NCBI GenBank assembly: GCA_034422875.1
Contig: DAOUJI010000107.1
Coordinates: forward strand, 6,260-70,259
Source: Dehalococcoidia bacterium
GTDB lineage: Bacteria; Chloroflexota; Dehalococcoidia; Lucifugimonadales; JAGWBF01
Length of the DNA stretch: 64,000 nucleotides
Reading direction: 5' to 3'
Numbering within the stretch: position 1 is the first letter of the stretch; every line of letters starts with the position of its first letter. Below are positions 1 to 8,659 of this stretch, in pieces. The notes under the pieces were generated by a model. It searched no databases and was not told the DNA's origin. It was given only the letters and a program-made list of their open reading frames with translations. The position numbers and the translations under genes were made by a program.

Positions 1-93
1 CTGTCCGTTGTCTCTACCCTGCCACGACGAGGTCACCACCGCTATGGGGGACCACAGCTGGCTCATCATAGGAGCAATCTTGGAGTAGTCCAT
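1..93 (-). CDS. partial CDS (5' end only, runs off left edge), flavin reductase-like N-terminus
   Basis: ATG at 93-91 opens an unbroken reverse frame to base 1 (MDYSKIAPMMSQLWSPIAVVTSSWQGRDNGQ). The IAVVTS..G.DNG pattern resembles flavin reductase-domain N-termini. Only 31 codons are visible and the RBS is weak. Confidence 0.3.
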   Translation of the reverse strand, partial: MDYSKIAPMMSQLWSPIAVVTSSWQGRDNGQ

Positions 94-176
94 TCCACGG
101 GTAGTCTAGCATACCGTCAGGGTTGGTTGGTAAGAGCCACTGTTTGATATAGTGGAGTGAATAGGGGGCGAACAGC

Positions 177-560
177 ATGTGGGAAGTAGGAGACAGGGTT
201 TATGTCGGCTGGCCCGACCACCAGCGTCGGCCACAGCCTTATGAAGTCATCGAGGTCGACCAGTCGGGCCCGGTGGTCCGAGTGAGGGTCCAGGACGAGT
301 CGGGACGCCAGGGAGGATTCCTGGTGGCGCTGGGTGTTCCCGACGACAAGCTGGATTCCCTGGCGGAAGAGGCCACGCGACGCCTCGGCTACGAGGTAAC
401 GGCTCCCGACCTGAGGTGCAGCCTCGACGGCAAGACCTTGCGCAGCTTCGACTACGAGTGGTGGCCCATCCCCGAATACGAAGACAGGCCGAGGACAATC
501 GTAGAAACCTTGGCCCAACTGGTGGAAGAAATGGGAAGTGGGGGCGAGGGGTCTGCTTAA
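177..560 (+). CDS. hypothetical protein (127 aa)
   Basis: ATG preceded by AGGGGG about 8 nt upstream. The composition is more protein-like than the overlapping antisense ORF 117..566. No family recognised. Confidence 0.5.
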   Translation: MWEVGDRVYVGWPDHQRRPQPYEVIEVDQSGPVVRVRVQDESGRQGGFLVALGVPDDKLDSLAEEATRRLGYEVTAPDLRCSLDGKTLRSFDYEWWPIPEYEDRPRTIVETLAQLVEEMGSGGEGSA

Positions 561-622
561 ACGCAACTCTTTCGACGCCCAAGCCGTCGTGGGGTCATTT
601 GTCCATCAACCGGTTCGGGTTT

Positions 623-1009
623 CTACGTCCCGGGTAAGGGTTTGACATGCTCCTCCAGCCAGGAACGCAGTTGTGAGAATCGGAACGAATTCGTCTCGAA
701 CAGGTGCATGAAGAAATCATATGCCGCGTTGCTGTCGCAGTCGATGAAATGGCCATTCAGTCCCAAGAAGGCTTCGGTTACGCCGAAAGCGACCCGCTTG
801 TTTCCGTCCACAAAGGGATGGTTCATCGCCAGGCTCTCCATGAGCGCGGCCGCTTCGTCGATGAGACCATCGTAGTAACCAAGCTGGGGACGCATGAGTG
901 CGGACACCAGTGCACCTTCATCGCGAAGGCCCGGAGCGCCGCCGAATTCCCGTATCAGAGCGTCATGTATCGCAAGGGTTTCCTGAATTGTAGGGAAGTC
1001 ACGAGTCAT
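623..1009 (-). CDS. doc: Doc (death-on-curing) / Fic-family toxin
   Basis: Fic/Doc core motif HPFVDGNKR is present. Size of 128 aa fits. The start overlaps the stop of the upstream small gene by ATGA. Confidence 0.85.
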   Translation of the reverse strand: MTRDFPTIQETLAIHDALIREFGGAPGLRDEGALVSALMRPQLGYYDGLIDEAAALMESLAMNHPFVDGNKRVAFGVTEAFLGLNGHFIDCDSNAAYDFFMHLFETNSFRFSQLRSWLEEHVKPLPGT

Positions 1010-1233
1010 TCGGCCAGCAATTCATAGAGCCGGCGATTCCGCTCAACGCTGGCCCGGTAGTGGGCCATCACCTCAGGCCGAACGTTTTCCTGAGCTTTGC
1101 TCGCAATATAGTCCCGCATAGCGTCTTCCAGTACGGCCTGGAATTGGCGCCCGTCCTTGCGGGCAATCTCGCGCATCCCCTGCAGCAGATCCGGGGATGC
1201 CTGGCTGGAAAATTTCTCTCTTCGTGCAACCAA
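1006..1233 (-). CDS. ribbon-helix-helix type antitoxin partner of Doc
   Basis: 75 aa ORF translationally coupled (ATGA overlap) to doc. It has an RHH-like N-terminal segment (KFSSQASPDLLQGMREIARKDGRQFQAVLEDAMRDYI). Confidence 0.6.
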   Translation of the reverse strand: MVARREKFSSQASPDLLQGMREIARKDGRQFQAVLEDAMRDYIASKAQENVRPEVMAHYRASVERNRRLYELLAE

Positions 1234-1384
1234 CAGCTTACTCCTCTCTAGAGTCTTTCCATTATGGAACTAAGGAATTGGTAGGTCAAGAATTATCAAG
1301 ATGAAGATGGGCACATGGTCTTCTTGGGAACTGGCCCAGCCAACGTAACGACAAACGGGTTCCTGCAAGCAGTAGGTTGGTCCG

Positions 1385-2647
1385 CTATACCACGCCTTCG
1401 CGACGGAGCGCGTCCAACTCCTCGCGGCTTAGGCCAAGCTCTCCGACCAGCACGTCCTCGGTGTCCTCTCCCAGCAAGGGGGGACGGCGGCGGACGGACC
1501 ACTTGGCGTCGGAGAAGGAGTAAGGGGCGCCGGGGTACCTGTAGGTCCCACCGACCTCAGGATGCTCCACGTTCACCACAAACCCGCGGGCGTTGAAGTG
1601 GGCGTCCTCAATCATCTCCTCCGGCGAGTAGATGATGCCCCATTGCAGCCCGATGGACTGGGCCTTCTGGAACAGCTCGTAACCTGTCATGGTCTGGGCC
1701 AACTGAGCCACAGCATTGGCGAAGAACTCCCGGTGCTCCCTGGCCTTGGGAGCGCCGGAGGTGACCTCTTCACGTGTGGGAGGGACAAGATAGGGTTCGA
1801 TGTCTTCCACGATGCCCACTTCGTTAAGCCACGCCGCGAGTTGTATCCATTGCTCCTCTGATCGGGCCATGTTGCCCGTGTTCACGTAGGTGCCGTCTTT
1901 GCACACTACCTGGGCCTGAGGGGTGGGGGTCACTGAAGAATGGCGTCCCGTCTGCCTTTGGACAGTGCCCTGGTTGACCAGCCAGTTGTAGGAGCCGCCT
2001 TCGGTCATCACGTTCATGGCGGCGTGCATGTTCACGTCGATGAACTGCCCCTCACCAGTCTGCTGGCGTTGTAGGAGAGCCATTAGTATTGCCATAGCAG
2101 CCCAGTTGCCTGCGGTGTGGGCCCACTGGTTGCCTCCGCCCCGAACTGGCGGGATGGAGTGGTCGTCGTATCCAGTGCTCCAGACCGGTCCACCGAAGGC
2201 CAGGCCGGTCATGTCGGTCATGACGTATTCGTTGTAGGGACCTTTCTGGCCGAAGGGGGTTATGGAAGCCATGACTAGCGTAGGGTTGGACTTGCTCAGT
2301 TCGGCATAGCCGACGCCCAGATTGTCCAGGGTCTCGGCGGGAAGGGCGTCCACCAGAATGTCGGCTGTCGCTACTAACGCCTTGAATATGTCCTTTCCCT
2401 TGTCAGAGTCTATGTCGAGGCTTACCGACTTCTTGTTGGTGTTGTAGTACCAGTAGAAGAGACTTTTGTCCTTGTCTGCTTCACCCTTAAGGAACGGCGG
2501 GTATGTGCGGGTGCGGTCTCCTTCCGGAGGCTCCACCTTGGTCACTTCGGCCCCCATGTCGCCCAACAGCTTGGTACACCAGGCGCCCAACTCGTGGCCG
2601 ACTTCCACGACCTTCAGTCCGGTCATCGGTCCGAGTCCTGCAGCCAT
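1385..2647 (-). CDS. CoA-transferase family III (CaiB/BaiF-like)
   Basis: N-terminal GLKVVEVGHELGAWCTKLLGDMGAEVTKVEPPEGD is typical of family III CoA-transferases. Length is 420 aa. Confidence 0.85.
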   Translation of the reverse strand: MAAGLGPMTGLKVVEVGHELGAWCTKLLGDMGAEVTKVEPPEGDRTRTYPPFLKGEADKDKSLFYWYYNTNKKSVSLDIDSDKGKDIFKALVATADILVDALPAETLDNLGVGYAELSKSNPTLVMASITPFGQKGPYNEYVMTDMTGLAFGGPVWSTGYDDHSIPPVRGGGNQWAHTAGNWAAMAILMALLQRQQTGEGQFIDVNMHAAMNVMTEGGSYNWLVNQGTVQRQTGRHSSVTPTPQAQVVCKDGTYVNTGNMARSEEQWIQLAAWLNEVGIVEDIEPYLVPPTREEVTSGAPKAREHREFFANAVAQLAQTMTGYELFQKAQSIGLQWGIIYSPEEMIEDAHFNARGFVVNVEHPEVGGTYRYPGAPYSFSDAKWSVRRRPPLLGEDTEDVLVGELGLSREELDALRREGVV

Positions 2648-3891
2648 TAGATGGCTCCCAAGTCTTCCAGGGACTTCACGCCATCGAGTCCGGCGCCCAA
2701 TATCTCTCCCACTACCAAGTCGTTGTGCTGGCCCAGGACAGGGGCGCCGTGCTCGAACCGCGTCGGAGCCTTGGACATCTTGACCGGAACTCCGTCAACC
2801 CTGACGTTGCCCATTTGGGGATGGGTCACTGTGGGCCACAGTCCCCACGCGGCGGTGTTGGAGTCCTGGTCGATGCGCTCCTCAGGCCATTGCACTGCGG
2901 CCGCGGGAACGCTTACCGCTTGGAGAATGTCCATCGCTTCTCTCGGGGTCTTGGAGACTGTCCAGCTCTCCACCATCTCGTCCAACTCGTCCTGGCGTTC
3001 CATCCTGGACTCCAGCGTAGTGAACCTCGGATCGGCCAGCCATTCGGGATGTCCCACTGCCTTGCACATAGCGGCCCAATCGGAGTCAGACCTCACTGAT
3101 ATAGCGACCCAGCGGTCGTCTCCAGCGCACTTGTATATGCCGTGAGGGGCCATTGGAGGGAACTCATTCCGGTTGCTGTTGGGTTGTCCGGGCCTGCGCA
3201 TGGGGCGGCCGTTAATCGTGTAGTCCAACAGACCCGGTCCGTTCATGGCCGCCGCCGCGTCGGTGCATGACATGTCCACTCGCTGCCCCTCGCCTGTGGC
3301 GTTCCGGTGGTAGAGGGCCATCAGTATGGCGATACACATGGCATAGGCGCCGCCGTGGTCCATATAGGAGTAGCCCCAGCCAGCGGGGGGCATGTCCGGC
3401 AGGGCCGATTGGAATGTCAGACCAGACAACGCCTGCACCACCGGCCCGAAGGTCTTGTAGGTGCGGTAGGGACCCTCATGGCCGCAGCCGCTGTTGGAGA
3501 CGTATATGATATCGGGCTTTATTGCCCGCATCTCGTCGTAGGTGAGGCCCCAGCGCTCCATGACACCTGCGCTGAAGTTCTCCGCTACGACATCGCTTAC
3601 CGAGATGAGTTGGCGGGCAAGCTCCCGGCCCTCGGGCAGTCGCATGTTGATGGTGACGCCCAGCTTCTCCACGTTGTGGTTGTTGAAAGCTCCGCCCAGC
3701 TCGATGCCTCTCCGTTCGTCAGGGTAGGGCGGGCCGCCTCTGAGCACATCCCACGTCCCTTGGCCAACCCGGTCCTCTATGCGTATGACCTGGGCGCCGA
3801 ATATAGCCATGATGCGAGTCGCTCCGGCGCCCGCCAACTGACCGGTAAAGTCGCAAACTCGTATGTGTGACAGGGCTGAGGGTTGGGACAT
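2647..3891 (-). CDS. CoA-transferase family III (paralog)
   Basis: IRVCDFTGQLAGAGATRIMAIFGAQVIRIEDR signature. I chose the ATG at 3891 (MSQPSALSHIRV) because AGGAG lies 7 nt upstream. The stop overlaps the next gene's start by 1 nt (TAATG). Confidence 0.85.
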   Translation of the reverse strand: MSQPSALSHIRVCDFTGQLAGAGATRIMAIFGAQVIRIEDRVGQGTWDVLRGGPPYPDERRGIELGGAFNNHNVEKLGVTINMRLPEGRELARQLISVSDVVAENFSAGVMERWGLTYDEMRAIKPDIIYVSNSGCGHEGPYRTYKTFGPVVQALSGLTFQSALPDMPPAGWGYSYMDHGGAYAMCIAILMALYHRNATGEGQRVDMSCTDAAAAMNGPGLLDYTINGRPMRRPGQPNSNRNEFPPMAPHGIYKCAGDDRWVAISVRSDSDWAAMCKAVGHPEWLADPRFTTLESRMERQDELDEMVESWTVSKTPREAMDILQAVSVPAAAVQWPEERIDQDSNTAAWGLWPTVTHPQMGNVRVDGVPVKMSKAPTRFEHGAPVLGQHNDLVVGEILGAGLDGVKSLEDLGAI

Positions 3892-3934
3892 AAGCGGCTC
3901 CTGAAGTGAGGCAGCCACTAGGCTACTATCAGCC

Positions 3935-3958
3935 CATATAGGTGTCAAGCCGATGGGG
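3935..3958 (+). repeat. direct repeat copy 1 flanking the GIY-YIG cassette
   Basis: CATATAGGTGTCAAGCCGATGGGG compared with CATAAGTGTCAAGCCGAGGGG at 5005..5025. Confidence 0.6.
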
Positions 3959-4139
3959 ACTTTATGCTTTCCAAGCCATGGATAAGGCCAGCTTGGTGCA
4001 GTCCGCAAGCCTGGACTATAATGCTCATACAGACCTGAATTGACAGGACGCAGTTTTAACCTGTGATAACTCCCTGCTACGTGGTGACAGCTGGGACAAC
4101 AGGGATTGTTGTGAGGCTACGACAAAGGAATGAGCGAAA

Positions 4140-5000
4140 ATGACTGAAGCGAAAGGATTCTCAGTGAGGATCTTCTTACCGAATGGAGAACCGGAGGGTC
4201 TGCGCATCGTCGAGAAATCGAATTGGACAGGACAGGGCCTCATCTTTCCAAGATCCCTCTATTCTGAAGCGCGAGATAGAGAGGAACTGACACGCACCGG
4301 CGTATACGTCCTCTGGGGACAGGATGAGTCGGATCAATTTCCAACTGCCTACGTAGGTGAAGGGGATGGATTGAAATACAGGTTCGACCAGCATCAGACA
4401 AATAAAGATTTCTGGACCCACGCCATAGCTTTCACCAGTAAAGACAAGAATCTGAATAAGGCCCATGTCCAATATCTGGAAGCTCGTTTAGTTGAGCGAG
4501 CGACCGAGGCCAACCTTTGTAATCTGGACAACAAAAATGTGCCGCAGCGTCCCTCATTGTCGGAGGCAGATATCGCAGACGCTGAGTTATATGTCAACGA
4601 CATGCTGTTATGCCTACCGGTTGTGGGCGTGAGTTTCTTTGAGTCATCTCATTCTCGTGACAATGGCAGCATGGACCTGATCGTGGTGGGGAAAAATGTA
4701 ACCGCACAAGGCTATGAAGTTGCGGGAGGGTTTGTGGTGAGGTCTAGGTCACAAGCAGTCAGGGAAGAAGTGCCCTCGATCCACAGCTACATATCCGACC
4801 TGCGAACCGAGCTCAAGTCAAAAGGTGTCCTTCAAGACAAGGGCGACATACATCAGTTCACCCAGGACTACATATTCAAGTCACCGTCCACCGCATCTAG
4901 TGTCATTCTCGGAAGGTCGAGCAATGGACGTACAGAGTGGAAAGACACCAAGGGACGTACCTTGAAGGAGATCCAGGAAGCGACCGTAGGCCAAACCTGA
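4140..5000 (+). CDS. GIY-YIG nuclease domain protein with C-terminal DUF4357-like domain
   Basis: N-terminal GVYVLWG...AYVGEG (GIY-YIG pattern). The C-terminal GFVVRSRS...PS...F.SPSTASSVILGRSSNGRTEWKD matches my memory of DUF4357. GC is clearly lower than in the flanks. Confidence 0.7.
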   Translation: MTEAKGFSVRIFLPNGEPEGLRIVEKSNWTGQGLIFPRSLYSEARDREELTRTGVYVLWGQDESDQFPTAYVGEGDGLKYRFDQHQTNKDFWTHAIAFTSKDKNLNKAHVQYLEARLVERATEANLCNLDNKNVPQRPSLSEADIADAELYVNDMLLCLPVVGVSFFESSHSRDNGSMDLIVVGKNVTAQGYEVAGGFVVRSRSQAVREEVPSIHSYISDLRTELKSKGVLQDKGDIHQFTQDYIFKSPSTASSVILGRSSNGRTEWKDTKGRTLKEIQEATVGQT

Positions 5001-5004
5001 TCTC

Positions 5005-5025
5005 CATAAGTGTCAAGCCGAGGGG
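5005..5025 (+). repeat. direct repeat copy 2 flanking the GIY-YIG cassette
   Basis: See 3935..3958. It overlaps the -35 region of the putative selD promoter. Confidence 0.6.
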
Positions 5026-5038
5026 CAGAGGGTATAAT
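5010..5038 (+). promoter_or_regulatory. putative sigma70-type promoter of selD
   Basis: GTGTCA - 17 nt - TATAAT (5033..5038), about 38 nt upstream of the selD ATG. Confidence 0.4.
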
Positions 5039-5075
5039 AACGGTCTAGACCCCTAGGCAGCCCTATAGGAGAGTT

Positions 5076-6122
5076 ATGACCGAGTTGAAGCTCACGTCCC
5101 TGGCCCACTGCGCAGGTTGAGCCGCCAAGTTCAGCCCATCAGACCTGGTCCAGGTTCTGGAACAACTGCCCGTAATGTCCGACCCCAACCTGCTGGTGGG
5201 GACGGAGACCGGAGACGACGCCGGAGTCTACCGCATCGGGGACGACAAGGCCCTGGCGCTCACGGTGGACTTCTTCCCGCCAATAGTGGACGACCCCTTC
5301 AGCTACGGGGCCATCGCCGTCGCCAACTCCCTCAGCGACGTCTACGCCATGGGCGGGAAGCCGATATTGGGCCTGAACATTGTCGGCTTTCCTGTCGACC
5401 AGCCCAAGGAAATCCTGGGGGACATCCTCAAGGGCGGGTACACCAAGGCCCAGGAAGCAGGCTGCCTCATAGTGGGCGGCCATACGGTGGACGACGCGGA
5501 ACCCAAGTACGGCCTGGCCGTCGTGGGAATGGTCGAGCCGGGCAGCCAGATAACCAACGCCGGAGCCAAACCCGGGGACGCCCTCGTGTTGACCAAGCCC
5601 ATCGGCACCGGAGTGATCACCACTGCCGGAAAGCAGGGAGTTGCCAGCGAGCAGACCGTATCCAGGGCCGTAGCCGTGATGAGCGCGCTGAACCGGGCCG
5701 CGTCGGAGACGATGATGAAGGTGGGCGTGAACGCCTGCACCGACGTCACCGGATTCGGACTGATCGGCCACCTCAACTCCATGATGAAAGGCAGCGACGC
5801 CTCGGCTGTCATAGAGTTGTCGGCAGTGCCGGTCATCCCCGGGGTTTGGGAACTGCTGGAACAGGGGATAGCGCCTGGCGGCACTCACCGCAACCTGAAC
5901 AGCATGGAAGGTAAAGTGCATTGGGACGACTCCCTTACCGACAATGACAAGCTTCTTCTTTGCGACGCTCAAACGTCCGGAGGGCTGCTCATTTCCCTAC
6001 CCGCCGCCAAGTCTGACCAACTGTTGCGAGAACTAAACGCCGTTGGAGTGGCGGACGCTGCAGTGATTGGGCGCGTGTTAGCCAAAGGCTCCGGGCCAGA
6101 AACTATTCACGTAGCGCCCTAG
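5076..6122 (+). CDS. selD: selenide, water dikinase (selenophosphate synthetase), selenocysteine-containing form
   Basis: The ORF-track fragment 5175..6122 is clearly SelD (NLLVGTETGDDAGVY, DFFPPIVDDP, AMGG). In the same frame an ATG at 5076 with an AGGAG RBS gives MTELKLTSLAHCAG-[TGA 5118..5120]-AAKFSP. This aligns with the SelD N-terminal G(C/U)xxK loop. Confidence 0.85.
5140..5159 (+). promoter_or_regulatory. SECIS-like hairpin downstream of the selD UGA
   Basis: CAGACCU(G)-GGUC(C)-AGG-U-UCUG. This is a 7-8 bp stem with one bulged U and a GGUC-containing apical loop, starting about 20 nt after the UGA. Confidence 0.4.
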
Positions 6123-6166
6123 GCCCATTATCGGTTTCAAAGCCCGCTCGTTTGTTCAGAAAGCGT

Positions 6167-6586
6167 TTACGTAGGTAGCAATATCGACTTAAGACTGCCG
6201 GTACGCGCCACCGAATAGATGAAGGGACGCTCCGTATCCCGGGCTGCATCCAAGATTCGGTCATACGCTCTAGCAAAGCAACGCATGATTTCCCACTTGG
6301 GGGCCTCCGCACCCCAAAGATAAAAGCACCCTACCCCGTATTGCCTCAAAGCATATAGTTCTTGCTCTTTTTTATGGATAGACGAGTCCTGGGTGATGAC
6401 AAACCATCCTAGATTCCCGACGATACTGAGCCAAAGGTCATCGCCGCCTTCTTGATGTCTGTCGCTTAGAGGGAAATGGTCGAGATATGTCTCGATGCCA
6501 ATGGTTGCGCCGTCAACCCGTGGAGTGAGTAGTTTAAGAGCTTCAGGGATAGTCTTAGGTAGGTTCTTGTCCCAAAAGAATATCAT
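6167..6586 (-). CDS. PIN-like (DUF5615/Mut7-C-like) putative toxin
   Basis: MIFFWDKNLPKTIPEALK...GWFVITQD pattern is typical of DUF5615-type PIN-like proteins. There is an ATGA overlap with the upstream DUF433 gene. The region is low GC. Confidence 0.55.
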   Translation of the reverse strand: MIFFWDKNLPKTIPEALKLLTPRVDGATIGIETYLDHFPLSDRHQEGGDDLWLSIVGNLGWFVITQDSSIHKKEQELYALRQYGVGCFYLWGAEAPKWEIMRCFARAYDRILDAARDTERPFIYSVARTGSLKSILLPT

Positions 6587-7317
6587 GCGGAATTTTCTAT
6601 TTTGACTCCCTCGAATCTTAGCCCTTCAACCACTAGTTCCCTTGGGAGATCGAAATCACTCACGATCTCGTCAACTTCTTCACCGGCAAGATACCGCCCT
6701 TTCAGCGTCCATGTTGGAAGTCCTTGCACTGTGGGCGCACCGAAAGCCACCCTTGGGTCCAAGACCACTGGCGAGTTGCGGCCCGCAGGATGCCACCGTA
6801 GGGCTAGCTCATTCTCGTAGTCGAACTCCGCGAACTTCTCCCCTAGTAAATCGGTCCATGCCAACTGTCCACTAGAATCCGCTACTATCACCTTATTGAA
6901 CTCTTGGGAAGGGTTGAACTGCTGATAGTCCATGAGAACATGGAACCCCTCGGTTTTGAACTCCAACTGTACGAAGGGATATTCCGCACGGAATGTTTGT
7001 GCTACATATTCCTTGGCGGAGCGGATCCTGGGCATGGGCACTCCGATACTCCTGAAAAAAGCCACGAACGCGACTTCAACAAGCTGCATATAAGACAGAG
7101 GAGTTCTATGCTTCCGGAATTCCACAACAGGGCTGGTCCCTCGGCACCAGGAAGCTACTGTGTTTGGGTGGGCTCCTGAGTACCTTGCTGCATCGGATAC
7201 CTGATAGGCTGGAAGGAACAGCCGTCGGAACCAGGGTTCACTCTTTCTTTCATAGGTTTCTAACGCCATTTTACCTAGCTCTTCTTCATTGGTTCGAATT
7301 GTGTCCTGATCCGTCAC
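6583..7317 (-). CDS. DUF433 domain protein with N-terminal HTH-like extension (putative antitoxin)
   Basis: C-terminal VVLDPRVAFGAPTVQGLPTWTLKGRYLAGEEVDEIVSDFDLPRELVVEGL resembles DUF433. The start is uncertain: GTG at 7317 overlaps the translin stop, or ATG at 7269. Confidence 0.6.
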   Translation of the reverse strand: MTDQDTIRTNEEELGKMALETYERKSEPWFRRLFLPAYQVSDAARYSGAHPNTVASWCRGTSPVVEFRKHRTPLSYMQLVEVAFVAFFRSIGVPMPRIRSAKEYVAQTFRAEYPFVQLEFKTEGFHVLMDYQQFNPSQEFNKVIVADSSGQLAWTDLLGEKFAEFDYENELALRWHPAGRNSPVVLDPRVAFGAPTVQGLPTWTLKGRYLAGEEVDEIVSDFDLPRELVVEGLRFEGVKIENSA

Positions 7318-7970
7318 GGGCCGTCGGAGGCGGTGTTTTCCAGGGCGGCGAGCTTCTGCTCCAGGTCTCTCTGCCTGAGGGCCATGGTGAGGTCGCCCCT
7401 GGTGCGCTCCAGGATCGCACGCATTGCGTCGGTGGTTCGGCGAAGTCCTCCGGTCACCCCTTCGGGGAAGTCCACCGTCACCAACAGGTTGTATATCTCG
7501 TCCATGGTCTGCAGCAACTCTTCACACCGTGACGTGTCGTTCTTCCGCAGCGAGTCCAGGATGAACCGCCTCAACTCGCCAATCACCTCGCCCATGCCGT
7601 TCAGATATGGCGCCATTTCCACTCCCAGTGATTCAGGAGCGGGCACCGGACGGCCGGCTATGAGCGCCACGGTTATGTTGGCTTCGGTGAACTCCTTGCG
7701 AGCGTCGGCCAAAAACCCGGCGTAGTATATCTCCGGCCATTCGTCCAAGATGCTTTTGGACTCCGTGTGCCGCTGTTCGGCCTGTGCCAGCAGGTCCAGG
7801 GCTTGATCGAAGTCCAACCGGTGCGTCGCCCGGATGGAGTTGGCAGAGAGACGTATGACCTCACGGGATATTCTCAGGCCATTCTCTCTAGCCTGATGCT
7901 TGGCGGTGAACTCCTCCAGGGCGGCGTCCCTGACAGGACCCAGACGGTCGTCGTATGAGGAATCGCTCAT
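7314..7970 (-). CDS. translin-family protein (COG2178-like)
   Basis: Helical 218 aa protein with a YLNGMGEVIGELRR motif resembling the translin Y..G..D..GEL.R signature. Confidence 0.5.
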   Translation of the reverse strand: MSDSSYDDRLGPVRDAALEEFTAKHQARENGLRISREVIRLSANSIRATHRLDFDQALDLLAQAEQRHTESKSILDEWPEIYYAGFLADARKEFTEANITVALIAGRPVPAPESLGVEMAPYLNGMGEVIGELRRFILDSLRKNDTSRCEELLQTMDEIYNLLVTVDFPEGVTGGLRRTTDAMRAILERTRGDLTMALRQRDLEQKLAALENTASDGP

Positions 7971-8659
7971 GCCTTGCCCCCCGCCTCTCGGATAAGCTCC
8001 ACCAACCGCCGGGCCGCGTCCTCAGGGTTCGGGGAGAGGCCCACAGCACTGGCTACGCAAATCGCGTCGGCTCCAGCCTCCACCACCGGGCCGATGTTGT
8101 CCCCGTTGATTCCACCTATGGCTACCACGGGCGTTTGCACCGCCGTCTTGAGCGTGGAGAAGACGGCGGTCCCTGTGGGAGCCCGTCTTCTTATGCTGGC
8201 TTTCGTCTCAGTGGGGTAGACGTTGCCCAGGGCCACGTGGTCTGCGCCCATCCGCTCCGACTCCACCGACTCCTCCACGGTGTGGTTCGAACGGCCTACT
8301 ATCTGGTGCGGCTTCAGCACAGAGCGTACGTCAGCGACTGCCATGTCTCCCTGACCCACGTGCACCCCATCGGCCTCCGAAACCACAGCCACGTCGGGAT
8401 GGTCGTTGATTATGAGGAGGGCGTCATGCCTGACGCACAACTCCTTGAGTTGGCGGGCCAGGGACACTATGGCGCCCTTGTCTCGCACCTTGTCCCGGAG
8501 CTGTATGATGCGGGTCCCGCCTTTCAGAGCGGCTTCTGCAACCTCCGCTGCGTCGCGGCCTTCGGTCACCTCCGGGTCGATGATCACGTATAGGCCGTAC
8601 AGCCGGGCGTTGAGCTCCCCCCGCATCGCCTGTCCTTCGTCATTCCCGGTTAGGGTCAC
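7967..8659 (-). CDS. thiE: thiamine-phosphate synthase
   Basis: LYVIIDPE...RIIQLRDK...LIINDHPDVA...DGVHVGQ...GGI pattern of ThiE. There are 4-nt overlaps with both neighbours. Confidence 0.85.
   Translation of the reverse strand: MTLTGNDEGQAMRGELNARLYGLYVIIDPEVTEGRDAAEVAEAALKGGTRIIQLRDKVRDKGAIVSLARQLKELCVRHDALLIINDHPDVAVVSEADGVHVGQGDMAVADVRSVLKPHQIVGRSNHTVEESVESERMGADHVALGNVYPTETKASIRRRAPTGTAVFSTLKTAVQTPVVAIGGINGDNIGPVVEAGADAICVASAVGLSPNPEDAARRLVELIREAGGKA

Noticed and set aside
5139-5972. 277 aa antisense ORF inside selD, plus similar long shadow ORFs (for example 50547..51773 in mfd, 13841..14926 in fabF, 57574..58389 in transketolase, 11222..12082 in the nudix/recJ region)
   Set aside because: They lie opposite clearly identified conserved genes. 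They have Arg/Gly/Pro-rich low-complexity translations typical of GC-rich antisense frames, and they lack RBS context.
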